From IMG/VR virus record IMGVR_UViG_3300045988_129927: a stretch of DNA of 64,000 nt. The stretch is one strand, 5' to 3'. The position numbers and the translations under genes are program-made. Shown here one piece after another: positions 8,936 to 18,500 of this stretch. The stretch's first letter is position 1; each line of letters opens with the position of its first letter. This DNA comes from a virus. The notes under the pieces were generated by a model. The model had not been told where the DNA came from. It was given only the letters and a program-made list of their open reading frames with translations, and did no database searches.

Positions 8936-10489
8936 TTAAACTTCTTTAGGAGTAACTTGAGCACGAATGTAGAATTTGTTTACTACATAATCCTCTAAAC
9001 CTGGTTTAGGAGTTACAACCAATACATATTCATTTTCAGAAGTGTGTTCATCACTCTTAGCTACAGCTGTGTAACCATCAATATAAAGAGTTCTAAACAT
9101 AGTGTAAATGTCTTCAGCTGCTTTTTTAGCTTTTTCAATAGTATCGATAGATTCGTGTGTAATGTTAAAACCACGAGTGTTTTCTTCAGGTACTTCGTAT
9201 ACAGTAATGGTTTGGTTATTGTATACGTCTTTACTAAATGTAGAGAAGTCTACACCAGCAAGACGAGATGCTATAGCAGTATTCCATGGATTGTAACCAA
9301 ATCGATCACCAGTTTCTACTAAGCAATCATCTTTATATTCATTTGGGAATTCAGCCAAGTTAGCGGTAGCAATCCAAACAGTACCTTTGTTAATAAAGTA
9401 ATCGACTTCTTCTTTAGTTTTAATCGTAACCACTTTACCAGGGATAGGTTTAGCATAAGCCGAACTATTACGATTACGTTTAACTACGCCGTCTTTATAG
9501 AATGCAGGTAATTCTAACAAATCAGGTACTTCAGTTACTTCAGAAGTATCTAAATTAGCACGTTTAATAAACTCACCTTGACCACGAATATCACCAGTAT
9601 AAGTAAATGCCAAGACAACATCCATCACGTTATTACCAGTAGGTGTTACACGAATACGGTTACCAATAAGAGGTCTAAATTCAATATCATTATTACCTAC
9701 TTTACGATAAGTACGGTTACGTATAAACCAGAAATGATAAGCTTTAAGGTCAGTCTTAGGAATCTTAGCTAAGTCACCAATAACTTTAACAGTAATGTCT
9801 TGTGGACGAACAATTAATTCGTTATCGTTTTTAGGAGTCAAACGAATGGTGTTGTTACCATATTTAAATGGGCCAGCAACACCAAAGTCTTCTAAGTAAT
9901 ATTGTTTCAAACGGTCAGAATCTTTAGAAAATAAAGTATTCAGTGTAGCAACAGGATTAACATTAAATGATAATACATTATTGTTCTCTACTTCAGAAAC
10001 ATTAATGGCATAATCTTTACTCTCTGTTTCTGCTACATGGTTAACCAAGGATACACGACGATATTGGTGTTTGTAAATAGAGAACTTATGGGTATGGTCA
10101 GCAGGATAGAATTTCACACGTTGGTATTCTACACCAGCGGCAGATTTAACACGTTTATAAGTATAAACATAACGCTTTTCTGTTTCAGCTTCAGTCAATA
10201 CTTCTAGGTTACCACCATCACCGATAACAGATTCTGGGAATGGATAAATAGAGGTATCAAATGGTACATCACCATGATTGATTTCTACACCATAAGGATT
10301 ATTCAGGGCAACAAACAATACTGTATTGTTATCACCTTCGAAGACAGGTTTTTTCTTTTCATTGAAATAAGGAGTGACGTATAAATCAAATTTATTTAAA
10401 GCGTCTTCTTTATAGCCACCAGATTTCAATAGTCTTTCAAAATTTTCAGTCACGCTTTTACTTAAGCGGTAAGACAATTTTTTACTCAT
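8936..10489 (-). CDS. paralog-array protein 2 of 5 (517 aa)
   Basis: N-terminus MSKKLSYRLSKSVTENFERLLKSGGYKEDALNKFDLYVT fits the family pattern. The central region is divergent. Confidence 0.75.
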   Translation of the reverse strand: MSKKLSYRLSKSVTENFERLLKSGGYKEDALNKFDLYVTPYFNEKKKPVFEGDNNTVLFVALNNPYGVEINHGDVPFDTSIYPFPESVIGDGGNLEVLTEAETEKRYVYTYKRVKSAAGVEYQRVKFYPADHTHKFSIYKHQYRRVSLVNHVAETESKDYAINVSEVENNNVLSFNVNPVATLNTLFSKDSDRLKQYYLEDFGVAGPFKYGNNTIRLTPKNDNELIVRPQDITVKVIGDLAKIPKTDLKAYHFWFIRNRTYRKVGNNDIEFRPLIGNRIRVTPTGNNVMDVVLAFTYTGDIRGQGEFIKRANLDTSEVTEVPDLLELPAFYKDGVVKRNRNSSAYAKPIPGKVVTIKTKEEVDYFINKGTVWIATANLAEFPNEYKDDCLVETGDRFGYNPWNTAIASRLAGVDFSTFSKDVYNNQTITVYEVPEENTRGFNITHESIDTIEKAKKAAEDIYTMFRTLYIDGYTAVAKSDEHTSENEYVLVVTPKPGLEDYVVNKFYIRAQVTPKEV

Positions 10490-10510
10490 CTCTATCCTTT
10501 CATTCTTTAT

Positions 10511-10547
10511 AAAAAACAGGTACTGTACGAATGAATACAGTACCTGT
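10511..10547 (-). terminator. rho-independent terminator
   Basis: 12-bp stem (acaggtactgta / tacagtacctgt) and a T6 run on the minus strand. Confidence 0.7.
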
Positions 10548-10575
10548 ATATCTCTTAATTAGAGGCTAGAATACA

Positions 10576-12141
10576 TTATACTTCATCGACACCGCGACGT
10601 TCGTGCTCGTATCCTTCATAACCATTGAGGTCTTTCTCTACAGTAATATCAGTAGGAACAGGATATTCGATTACCAGAGCAAATTCACCAGTAAAGATAG
10701 GTTCAAATTCAGGTTTAACACGTACTACACGAGTGAAAGAAGAAGTATCGTATACGTATTGGTCAGATTCTACTTCTTTAGTAGCTGACAAGTCAGTCAA
10801 ATCTAAAGGTTTCAAATTCAATTGACCCAACAGAGTACCGAATACTTGTTGCATTTTAACTTTAGCTTCATCGATAGATTTCACTTCAGGTGCATCCAGA
10901 ATCAAGGCTTTAACACCATTGGTCAGTACACCTTGGGTGAAAGTCAAACCACTTAACAAGTTAGCAGTTTGTTCAGTTACACCTGCTTGAGTCAAGTTGT
11001 CTTTATTGTCGATGAATTCTTTAGGGTATTCACCAATGTCTACTTGTTCTACGAAGACATTGAATTTACCTTTGAATTTCTCTTGCAATTCTACAGCTAA
11101 TTCTTTACCTTTGTATTGCAATACTTTTACTTTTTCGTCAGTTAAAGTTTGAATAGATTCATCGGTAAAGTATTTTTCCAATACTTCATCATCAGCAACT
11201 ACAGGGTTAACTTCCAATAAAGTAGCAGCATCCAGTAAGTTATCTTTCAAGAACTGACCACGTTTTTCTTGGAATGCACGTTCAACGGCTTTACCCAAGA
11301 TGTAGTCTTTACTGAAGTTCTCACCACCAATAGACAAGTTTTCAGTAACAATAGTGTTACCTTTTACTTTCAACTCTTTATTGTCTTTAACACTCAGAGA
11401 ACGGTGTTTACCTTTAATGAATTTAGGACGCAACAATACAGCTTGAGATTGAGCACCCAAGTCCAATACCAGTTTGGTTTTAACTTTAGAACCCAAAGAA
11501 GAAACTTTATGGTAAGCAGTAGGAGTCAATTCGGTAGTACTAGATACACCGTATTCTAAATCACCATCGCTATTGAATTGATAGTACTCACGTGGAGAAC
11601 CATTTACATCATCAGCATGGAGTTTCCATTTAGCCAAGAAACCATCAATGTTTGCTTTTTTAGACAGAGTAGAAACACCGCCTACACGCAATACTTCTTC
11701 AGTATCAGAAACATCAATAGTGTGCTCTTCCTTACCAGTTACTGCTTTCAATAAGTCTAAACGATTGTAGCGGTGGGTAACGATAACATAATCGCCACCA
11801 GTCAATTCATCAGCAGTGAATTGTTTTTCTTCAAAGTAAACAGAACCATCATTAGCTACTTTACGGGCAATGACTTTATTGTCGGTTACTTTTTCAGCAT
11901 TGAATGGAGTAGTAGAAGCAGTGTGTACGACTTCGTTAGTAGTGAAGTCAATTTTATCTGCTACAGATTTACGCAGAATTACATCTACAGAACTGTTAAA
12001 CTCAGCATCACCTGGAGTTTCAGATACTGTAAAATAAACGTTTTCTTGATTTAAGATGGCTTTAGTGTAGCCAGCGTCAATCAAAAGATTTTCAAAGTTA
12101 ACACCGGATTTTACACCGATAGTATATTTAATATTTGCCAT
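10576..12141 (-). CDS. paralog-array protein 3 of 5 (521 aa)
   Basis: MANIKYTIGVKSGVNFENLLIDAGYTKAILNQENVYFT and GEFALVIEYP..VEKDLNGYEG are the closest match to copy 1. Confidence 0.8.
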   Translation of the reverse strand: MANIKYTIGVKSGVNFENLLIDAGYTKAILNQENVYFTVSETPGDAEFNSSVDVILRKSVADKIDFTTNEVVHTASTTPFNAEKVTDNKVIARKVANDGSVYFEEKQFTADELTGGDYVIVTHRYNRLDLLKAVTGKEEHTIDVSDTEEVLRVGGVSTLSKKANIDGFLAKWKLHADDVNGSPREYYQFNSDGDLEYGVSSTTELTPTAYHKVSSLGSKVKTKLVLDLGAQSQAVLLRPKFIKGKHRSLSVKDNKELKVKGNTIVTENLSIGGENFSKDYILGKAVERAFQEKRGQFLKDNLLDAATLLEVNPVVADDEVLEKYFTDESIQTLTDEKVKVLQYKGKELAVELQEKFKGKFNVFVEQVDIGEYPKEFIDNKDNLTQAGVTEQTANLLSGLTFTQGVLTNGVKALILDAPEVKSIDEAKVKMQQVFGTLLGQLNLKPLDLTDLSATKEVESDQYVYDTSSFTRVVRVKPEFEPIFTGEFALVIEYPVPTDITVEKDLNGYEGYEHERRGVDEV

Positions 12142-12163
12142 TATACTTTCCTTTTAGTATGGT

Positions 12164-13771
12164 TTATTCTTCGATACCAGTGAATCCGCTTAATTCTTTA
12201 TTTAAGACAGATTCATCATTGTATTCAACAGTAATATTGAATACACCTTCTAACAATGTATCAGTATTTTCAACAGGAACATACTGTTTAGTGAGAGAAG
12301 AAACATCGTAAGTATTGGTTGTTTCTCTTTCTTCCAAATAGAAAGAGACGTTATATTCAGCGTGTAATACATTCATTAAGTCTTGTAATACTTGGCTGGT
12401 ATTTTCTTTGGTAATTAATTCACCTTTAACCAAAAGTGTTTTACTACCGTCATTTAGATTACCCAATGAGAATTTCAATTGAGCAAATTTTTCTTTATAT
12501 GTTTCATCTCTATCAGTCAGTGTAGACTGAATAGTACTGGCTAGTGTACTTAATTCTACAGTAGCTAATTCATCAGCTAATTCACCAAGATTACGGGAAA
12601 TATTTCTTACTGTTAATCTACCTGAGAATAAATCGTAGAAGTTTTCTTTAATCTTAGCTAATTCTTCACCTTCTAGATATACACTGTATTCTTTATGGTT
12701 TGTGGTACCTTCTAAAACAAGACCTTTAAAACCATAAGTGTATATATCGTATCCCAGTTTTGTTTTAGGGGTTACTTCGTCGGTGATATTAACCAATAAT
12801 TCTTGAAAGAAGAAGTCTTTACGTTTACCAGAGTAGTAAGTTTTAATGACGTCTCTAAATAAACCTTTATTGGATAATCTGGATTTAGGTTTATGGAATA
12901 CTACAACAGGATTCTGTGTAACTGAACCAGATTCCAATTCAACAGATACTTCTGTTTTAACAAATTCTTTCAAAGAAGATTGATTAAAGTCTTTTACAAA
13001 CTTAATTGCGTTGTATTGTAAAACATTATCAACTAAGTTCAAGTCCATAGCAGCATGGATATGCAATGATTCAGGTAACGCAAAGAAGCGATGAACGCCT
13101 TTTGGTGTAATCTGAATCTCGCTACCACCTAGTACTGGTGTAAAAGCTTCGTAGGAATAATACTTATCTAAGTTAGTAGCAGGGTCAGTTTGTTGTTCTG
13201 CTTCTTTATCAGGAAATACCAAATGTGTATCATTCTCGTATGTTACCTGACCTTCTTGAACAACCTGTACTTCTCGTACATAACCGTAAATAGTAGGTGT
13301 ATTTGGTTTACGGTTAGCTACCTTTCTAGCTACTTCAATTAATTTTTGACGAGTAAATTCGTGCTCAATAATAGTAAACTCTTTAACGATGTCTTCTTTA
13401 GAAAACTTAAATGGAACATAATCCACGCTGTCGCCAGAATTTACACGTTTGTATACATCGTATACTTGTTTAAATGTGGCATTATCCAAATGCGATTGAA
13501 ATTCAGCGACATCAATGTATTTAGCACCATTAGGTAGAGGTACATCGTTACTATATGTTTTTACTTTAGACTTATCAATCTTAGAAGCAACGTCTTTGGA
13601 AAAAGCAATAAAGAGTTTAGCATTATTGCCTTCCAAAGTATTGTCTTCTAATAACTGAATATAAACATCATCTTCATTCAGGATTTTTTTAGTATATCCT
13701 GCATTCAGTAAAAGTGCTTCGATGTTTATACCAGCAGACTGATGTACATTATACGGAGTCTTATTAGACAT
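12164..13771 (-). CDS. paralog-array protein 4 of 5 (535 aa)
   Basis: Carries NIEALLLNAGYTKKILNEDDVYIQL near the N-terminus and GVFNITVEYN..LNKELSGFTG near the C-terminus. Confidence 0.8.
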   Translation of the reverse strand: MSNKTPYNVHQSAGINIEALLLNAGYTKKILNEDDVYIQLLEDNTLEGNNAKLFIAFSKDVASKIDKSKVKTYSNDVPLPNGAKYIDVAEFQSHLDNATFKQVYDVYKRVNSGDSVDYVPFKFSKEDIVKEFTIIEHEFTRQKLIEVARKVANRKPNTPTIYGYVREVQVVQEGQVTYENDTHLVFPDKEAEQQTDPATNLDKYYSYEAFTPVLGGSEIQITPKGVHRFFALPESLHIHAAMDLNLVDNVLQYNAIKFVKDFNQSSLKEFVKTEVSVELESGSVTQNPVVVFHKPKSRLSNKGLFRDVIKTYYSGKRKDFFFQELLVNITDEVTPKTKLGYDIYTYGFKGLVLEGTTNHKEYSVYLEGEELAKIKENFYDLFSGRLTVRNISRNLGELADELATVELSTLASTIQSTLTDRDETYKEKFAQLKFSLGNLNDGSKTLLVKGELITKENTSQVLQDLMNVLHAEYNVSFYLEERETTNTYDVSSLTKQYVPVENTDTLLEGVFNITVEYNDESVLNKELSGFTGIEE

Positions 13772-13814
13772 TTTTACATCCTTGTTTGTTTTTTATAACT
13801 AAAAACTACTTATA

Positions 13815-14489
13815 CTACCAACCAGTTAAACGCTCCGGCCATGGGTCATCTGTTAAATAAGTGATAGTATCAAAACGAATATCGTCAATAGCCTTTTTAG
13901 CATCTTCTTGGTCGAAGAACTCTAAACGAAATTGATTTTTATCGTTAACACCACCTAACTTCCAGACGCCATAAGCTTTATTGGTTAAGTCAGAATAGAA
14001 TTGACCAATCAAACTAGACGGAGAACGAAAACCAACAGGGATAAGATTCCAGCTAGGAGGACAGATATACGTGTGGATAATTTTACCACCTTTAGCTAAA
14101 CCAGTCCAACTCTTATCAGCCTGAGCAACAATACCAAACCAGTCAAATTGAGCGCCACCGAATTTCCATGTTACGCGCTCATTTACTCGTCTAATCCAAA
14201 CTCTATTACTACTATTTTTTCTAGTAGTAGCTTTTGTTATTTCTACCCAACCCGTATCACCATTTAAAACCTTCCAACCAGTATTACCAGTATCAGTAGT
14301 TTTAATCCACTGCGATACACCTAGCGTAATTTGATTATCAGTATAAACAGTACCCTTAGATGCTGTTACCACTCTTTCTGGAGAACCATTGCCAGCAATA
14401 GACTTTGCAGAGTTGGCTAACTCTTTATGCTTCTCCCCCAGAAATTTCATGGTATCGATAAGTAGTTCTTTTAATTTTTGATTAGCCAT
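13815..14489 (-). CDS. fibre-like protein with C-terminal globular Trp/Gly-rich domain (224 aa, start revised)
   Basis: ATG at 14489 (MANQKLKELLIDTMKFLGEKHKELA) follows AAGAAGGGATAAATCAA. The track start at 14522 lacks an RBS. The N-terminal module resembles that of the ORF at 14589. Confidence 0.6.
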   Translation of the reverse strand: MANQKLKELLIDTMKFLGEKHKELANSAKSIAGNGSPERVVTASKGTVYTDNQITLGVSQWIKTTDTGNTGWKVLNGDTGWVEITKATTRKNSSNRVWIRRVNERVTWKFGGAQFDWFGIVAQADKSWTGLAKGGKIIHTYICPPSWNLIPVGFRSPSSLIGQFYSDLTNKAYGVWKLGGVNDKNQFRLEFFDQEDAKKAIDDIRFDTITYLTDDPWPERLTGW

Positions 14490-14588
14490 TTGATTTATCC
14501 CTTCTTGTTTTCGAGAAAACAATCGATTTAACTATATTCAATTATATACGTCTTATCGATTGTTTTATCAAATAGACTATAGAACTAG

Positions 14589-15143
14589 TTAAGCATTACG
14601 AGTACTGTTATAAGCCTGTTTCAGTTTTTCCAAATCCAAACCGTCGATGTCCAAAGTACCTAATTTAGTTTCAATAGTTTGAATCTTTTGTTCAGCAGTT
14701 TGGAGTTTGGTTTGGTTTGCTTGAGACAATACGTCAGCAGCTTCTGCTTTAGCTTTAACAGCAGCATAATCAGCTACAGTAGTCTTGGCTTCTTCAGCTA
14801 ATCGTTTTGCTTCATCTGCTGTATCTTTAGCAGTATTAGCCAAACCTTCAGCTGTAGTTTTATTGGTACCAACAGTGCCTGTTAAATCGGTGATTTTTTG
14901 TTCAATTTCAGTAAACTTAGTCAAGATGGCTTCAGGTGTATTACCTGAAGCAGTTTTCAGTTTCTTAAATTCAGCAATCAATTCACGGAAAGTATCCAGT
15001 TCTTCATCAACTTCACCACCCATGATGGTTTGTTTCAGTTGGTCTACCTTAGCAGTAATTGCATCTGCTAAAGTTTTGTTTTCAGTACCTAAGAACTCAG
15101 CAAATTCCGTAAGCATTTTGTTCAATTCAGACTTATCAGCCAT
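14589..15143 (-). CDS. Ala/Thr/Lys/Glu-rich coiled-coil fibre-like protein (184 aa)
   Basis: MADKSELNKMLTEFAEFLGTENKTLADAI N-terminal module, then low-complexity helical repeats (TAEGLANTAKDTADEAKRLAEEAKTT...). Confidence 0.6.
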   Translation of the reverse strand: MADKSELNKMLTEFAEFLGTENKTLADAITAKVDQLKQTIMGGEVDEELDTFRELIAEFKKLKTASGNTPEAILTKFTEIEQKITDLTGTVGTNKTTAEGLANTAKDTADEAKRLAEEAKTTVADYAAVKAKAEAADVLSQANQTKLQTAEQKIQTIETKLGTLDIDGLDLEKLKQAYNSTRNA

Positions 15144-15227
15144 TTTAATAACCTCTTCAATTTAAAGTTTAAGTTTAGAAAAGGGACACAAAAGTATCCC
15201 CATTAGTGGATGTCCCAAAAGGACTTA

Positions 15228-16751
15228 TTATTGTTGTCCATTCCTACCATGACGGTAAGCATCGATTAAGTTAGCAGCACTTACTTCAGTAACGCGTGGT
15301 TTAACAGGAGCTGGACGCTCGTGTACTGTTTCAGTTTCTTCAGTTACTGCGGGAGCTACAGGAGCTACGGGTGTAGCAGGAGTAGCTGGTTTTTCATAGT
15401 GAGCTACGCCAGAAAAACCACCTAAATTACGTTTAACGACAACAGTCTCTTTTTCAGGTTTATGCTCACAACCACAGTTATCTTCATCACCATTAATTTG
15501 GAGAGTATAGTTAACAATGGCTTTAACATCACCAGAAACATAATCAGAGATTTTATCGTTAGGAGTAACAGAAAGAATCAAGCGATTGGCTTCAGAAGTC
15601 TCTAAACCAATATCTACAAATACAGAATAATCACCTAAGAATTTACGAATAATTTTCTCAGCTTTTTGTTCTGCATTAGTAACAGAAGTCTCTTTACCTA
15701 ATGTGATTTCAAACTCTACAAAGTTTTTATTAGTTTTAGAGAATACGAAACTACGCACCTTATCTTCTTTAAAGCGATAGGCTTGTTCTTCTTCTACTGG
15801 GAATAAGTTAGAATCCAGTAAAAGTTTAGACAAGTAACCACGAGCTACCATCAAGCGAATATTACCTACTACAGCAGATGTTTCATCTTCTTGTTGTTCT
15901 TTAGACAAAGTATACAAGTAAGAGTATGCGTAGTTAGCGGAAGCTTTCTTCTCAATAGATTGTTCTTCATTTGCAGGAGCACGCAGTTCTTGTTTGAAGT
16001 TAGGATTACGAACGATGTCGATGACTTCATCGTCGATTTCTTTTAAGATGGCTTTACTGCGAATCATGCCATATGCTTCACGCAAATAGCGGTCTAGAAT
16101 ACGACGTTCAGTTTCTTGAACAGTAACGGCAGGTGGAACCACCATCTCAATATAGCAGTCTTTTTTATTCATTTGTACAGTATTGACAAATGGGTTTACT
16201 ACTGCTACAATCTTAGCTTGTTTGTGACCTAAATCGACAAAGTATTGTACTTTTTGATAAGCTACACCAGTCAAACCATAGCTACGTGGAGAAGGACGTA
16301 CTTCTACTAAGTTACGACCATAACGTAAACCACCAGCTGTACCTTGTACATCAAATGACAGGTTTTCACCTAAGAATGGAAAGCCATCATTAGTCCAAAC
16401 ATTTTTAATGTATTGGTCAATACTGATGTTTTCCATTTCAGAATCACGCACGTACATGATTTTGTTTTGCCATTTATCTGGAATAGGCTTCACACGGTCG
16501 TAGAAGTGGACGTTAGAAGTCTTTTTGGTTAGCTTAGCCAATTCACCAGAGTAACTTACTTTCAAAGCAGTGTTACCTACTTTGTCTTGGTATACATCAA
16601 ACTCTGGATTAGATGAATCTTTTACTGATTCAATCGTTACATCATCCAGTAATTCTTCTGGAATACCAGCGGCTTCCAAAATACGATTGATGTTATCAAT
16701 ACCCGTAACTCGTGGGTCGTAAGGCATTAGCTTATTTGCATTGTCTACCAT
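15228..16751 (-). CDS. paralog-array protein 5 of 5, divergent (507 aa)
   Basis: NINRILEAAGIPEELLDDVTIESV and VVVKRNLGGFSG fit the family N- and C-terminal patterns. Adds a PATPATPVAPVAPAV linker and a basic tail. Confidence 0.7.
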   Translation of the reverse strand: MVDNANKLMPYDPRVTGIDNINRILEAAGIPEELLDDVTIESVKDSSNPEFDVYQDKVGNTALKVSYSGELAKLTKKTSNVHFYDRVKPIPDKWQNKIMYVRDSEMENISIDQYIKNVWTNDGFPFLGENLSFDVQGTAGGLRYGRNLVEVRPSPRSYGLTGVAYQKVQYFVDLGHKQAKIVAVVNPFVNTVQMNKKDCYIEMVVPPAVTVQETERRILDRYLREAYGMIRSKAILKEIDDEVIDIVRNPNFKQELRAPANEEQSIEKKASANYAYSYLYTLSKEQQEDETSAVVGNIRLMVARGYLSKLLLDSNLFPVEEEQAYRFKEDKVRSFVFSKTNKNFVEFEITLGKETSVTNAEQKAEKIIRKFLGDYSVFVDIGLETSEANRLILSVTPNDKISDYVSGDVKAIVNYTLQINGDEDNCGCEHKPEKETVVVKRNLGGFSGVAHYEKPATPATPVAPVAPAVTEETETVHERPAPVKPRVTEVSAANLIDAYRHGRNGQQ

Positions 16752-16768
16752 TTTGCTTTATCCTTATA

Positions 16769-17299
16769 TTAATCTAGATTAACACAACGTGACAGGGTAG
16801 TTTGATTGTCTGTCACCCAAGTGTACTTAATGTTTTCAAACTCAAACGTGATTACATTCGCTGTAGATAGTTTCTTTAGAAAACGAATTTGTTCTTCAGT
16901 AGGGTTTGGATTATCGTTAATCACTGGTACTTTATATAAATCATCATCCATTCCTAAAGTAGAAATTGGAAATTGTTCACCATACAATGATATTCTTAAA
17001 ATAGTCATGGCTTTCAGGTCTTGTATGGTAAATTTCTTATCCTTACAAGTTAATACTAAAGCCAAACCTTTATTATCCGATAAGTAATAAGAATCTCTAT
17101 TATCAGGATAAGTTTGCGATACCCAACTTACTGTTTTACTGCGTGGCTTATGTAAAACTCTTCTCTCTCCATCAGGGTAAACCCAGGATAAAAAAAGAAA
17201 ACTAGACAAAATAAATACCACCAGTATCATGACTAATAAATCTTTTCTATGTGATTTACAATAGACACAATTATCTAATAAATCTTGTATCCATTTCAT
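16769..17299 (-). CDS. membrane-anchored protein (176 aa)
   Basis: One N-terminal TM segment (LLVMILVVFILSSFLFLSWV). TTTAGGAGATTCTAA RBS. Confidence 0.65.
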   Translation of the reverse strand: MKWIQDLLDNCVYCKSHRKDLLVMILVVFILSSFLFLSWVYPDGERRVLHKPRSKTVSWVSQTYPDNRDSYYLSDNKGLALVLTCKDKKFTIQDLKAMTILRISLYGEQFPISTLGMDDDLYKVPVINDNPNPTEEQIRFLKKLSTANVITFEFENIKYTWVTDNQTTLSRCVNLD

Positions 17300-17385
17300 T
17301 TAGAATCTCCTAAATAATCTGCGTATAGTCATACTTATTACACTACAGTACACCCGATTTAGGTGTACTGTAGCATTAAGTTATT

Positions 17386-18414
17386 TTAACCTTCTAGTGA
17401 AAAAGAAATCGCTGGATGCGACTGATATCCCACTACTTTAAACCATTCAATATCAATATCACCACTCAATAATTTATCACGAGTGAGTTGTTGAGACAAG
17501 TATAGTTTAGGTGCTGGGAATGGAGTGCGACTTAGCTGTTCTTTAATGTTTTGGATGTGTGGTAAATAGATGTGTGCATCATGTACCATGTGGGTGTGTT
17601 CACCAGGATGACAATTAAGAACGTGTGCTAAGATAAAGTTCATACAAGCGTATTGTGCAATATTGTGTGGTTTACCAATAGCCACATCATTAGAGCGCAT
17701 GGTTAGAGAAGTCATGAGTTTATATTTAGGTAAAGGACGATTATCTACTTCACCAAATTGCTTGGCTTGGTTCTCACGATAATTGATGACTTCTTCTAAT
17801 TCGGTGTCGGATATTGGACGTAGAGAAACAAAGAATTCTCGGTGACAAGTATCGAGAGCCATGTGTCCCATCTTAACATTGGTAATAGGGTCTAGTTTCT
17901 CAAATGGGCGCATACCTAAGTTAACATTTGAGATATAGTGACGACGTGAGATAACATCGTATTGAATATCACGTGCTAAACCTACTACTAAGTCTTTTAA
18001 TTGGTCGATGGTCTTACAACTCACCATATGGTTATCTGCTTTATCAGAACCTACTTCGACATTGACATTGGTTACTGAAAGCTTGCGCCAAATTTCAGGA
18101 TACATAGGGCCGATGGTCTTAAATGGTTTCTTGTCAATTTGGATATTACGCTCAGTAGTCCATTTTGTCCAGAAGGGTACTTTGTTTTCTTCTAGATAAG
18201 TAATATCACTGGTACCCTTAATAAACCAAATCAATTCATGTAATGTTTTAGTAAAATTAATCTTACGAGTAGTGACTAGTGGGAATGAACCATCTAAAAG
18301 TGGATACTTTTCCATAACACCAATAACAGAACGCATACCTGAACCACTACGGTCTGTCAAAATAGTTTCACCATATTGTAAAATTTCACGAATGGTATTC
18401 AAATGTTGTTGCAT
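17386..18414 (-). CDS. thyA: thymidylate synthase (ThyA) family enzyme with insertions (342 aa)
   Basis: By-eye match to E. coli ThyA motifs. DRSGSGMRS matches DRTGTGT. FPLVTTRK matches FPLVTTK. LHELIWF is present. SRRHYISNVN supplies the RR pair. LDTCH supplies the catalytic Cys. MRSNDVAIGKPHNIAQY matches QRSCDVFLGLPFNIASY. HDAHIY matches GDTHLY. Confidence 0.8.
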   Translation of the reverse strand: MQQHLNTIREILQYGETILTDRSGSGMRSVIGVMEKYPLLDGSFPLVTTRKINFTKTLHELIWFIKGTSDITYLEENKVPFWTKWTTERNIQIDKKPFKTIGPMYPEIWRKLSVTNVNVEVGSDKADNHMVSCKTIDQLKDLVVGLARDIQYDVISRRHYISNVNLGMRPFEKLDPITNVKMGHMALDTCHREFFVSLRPISDTELEEVINYRENQAKQFGEVDNRPLPKYKLMTSLTMRSNDVAIGKPHNIAQYACMNFILAHVLNCHPGEHTHMVHDAHIYLPHIQNIKEQLSRTPFPAPKLYLSQQLTRDKLLSGDIDIEWFKVVGYQSHPAISFSLEG

Positions 18415-18500
18415 GTGGATTCCTTTAGGTAAAAAAAGAAATAAAGAATTTAGAAAATACTACCCTATCCATATATTCACGGATAGAGTAGTATTTTATT

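Noticed and set aside
17386-18414. Reading the ThyA homologue as a dCMP hydroxymethylase (T4 gp42-like).
   Set aside because: The specificity residue aligned with E. coli Asn177 is still Asn (PHNIAQY), not Asp. This favours a dUMP substrate.
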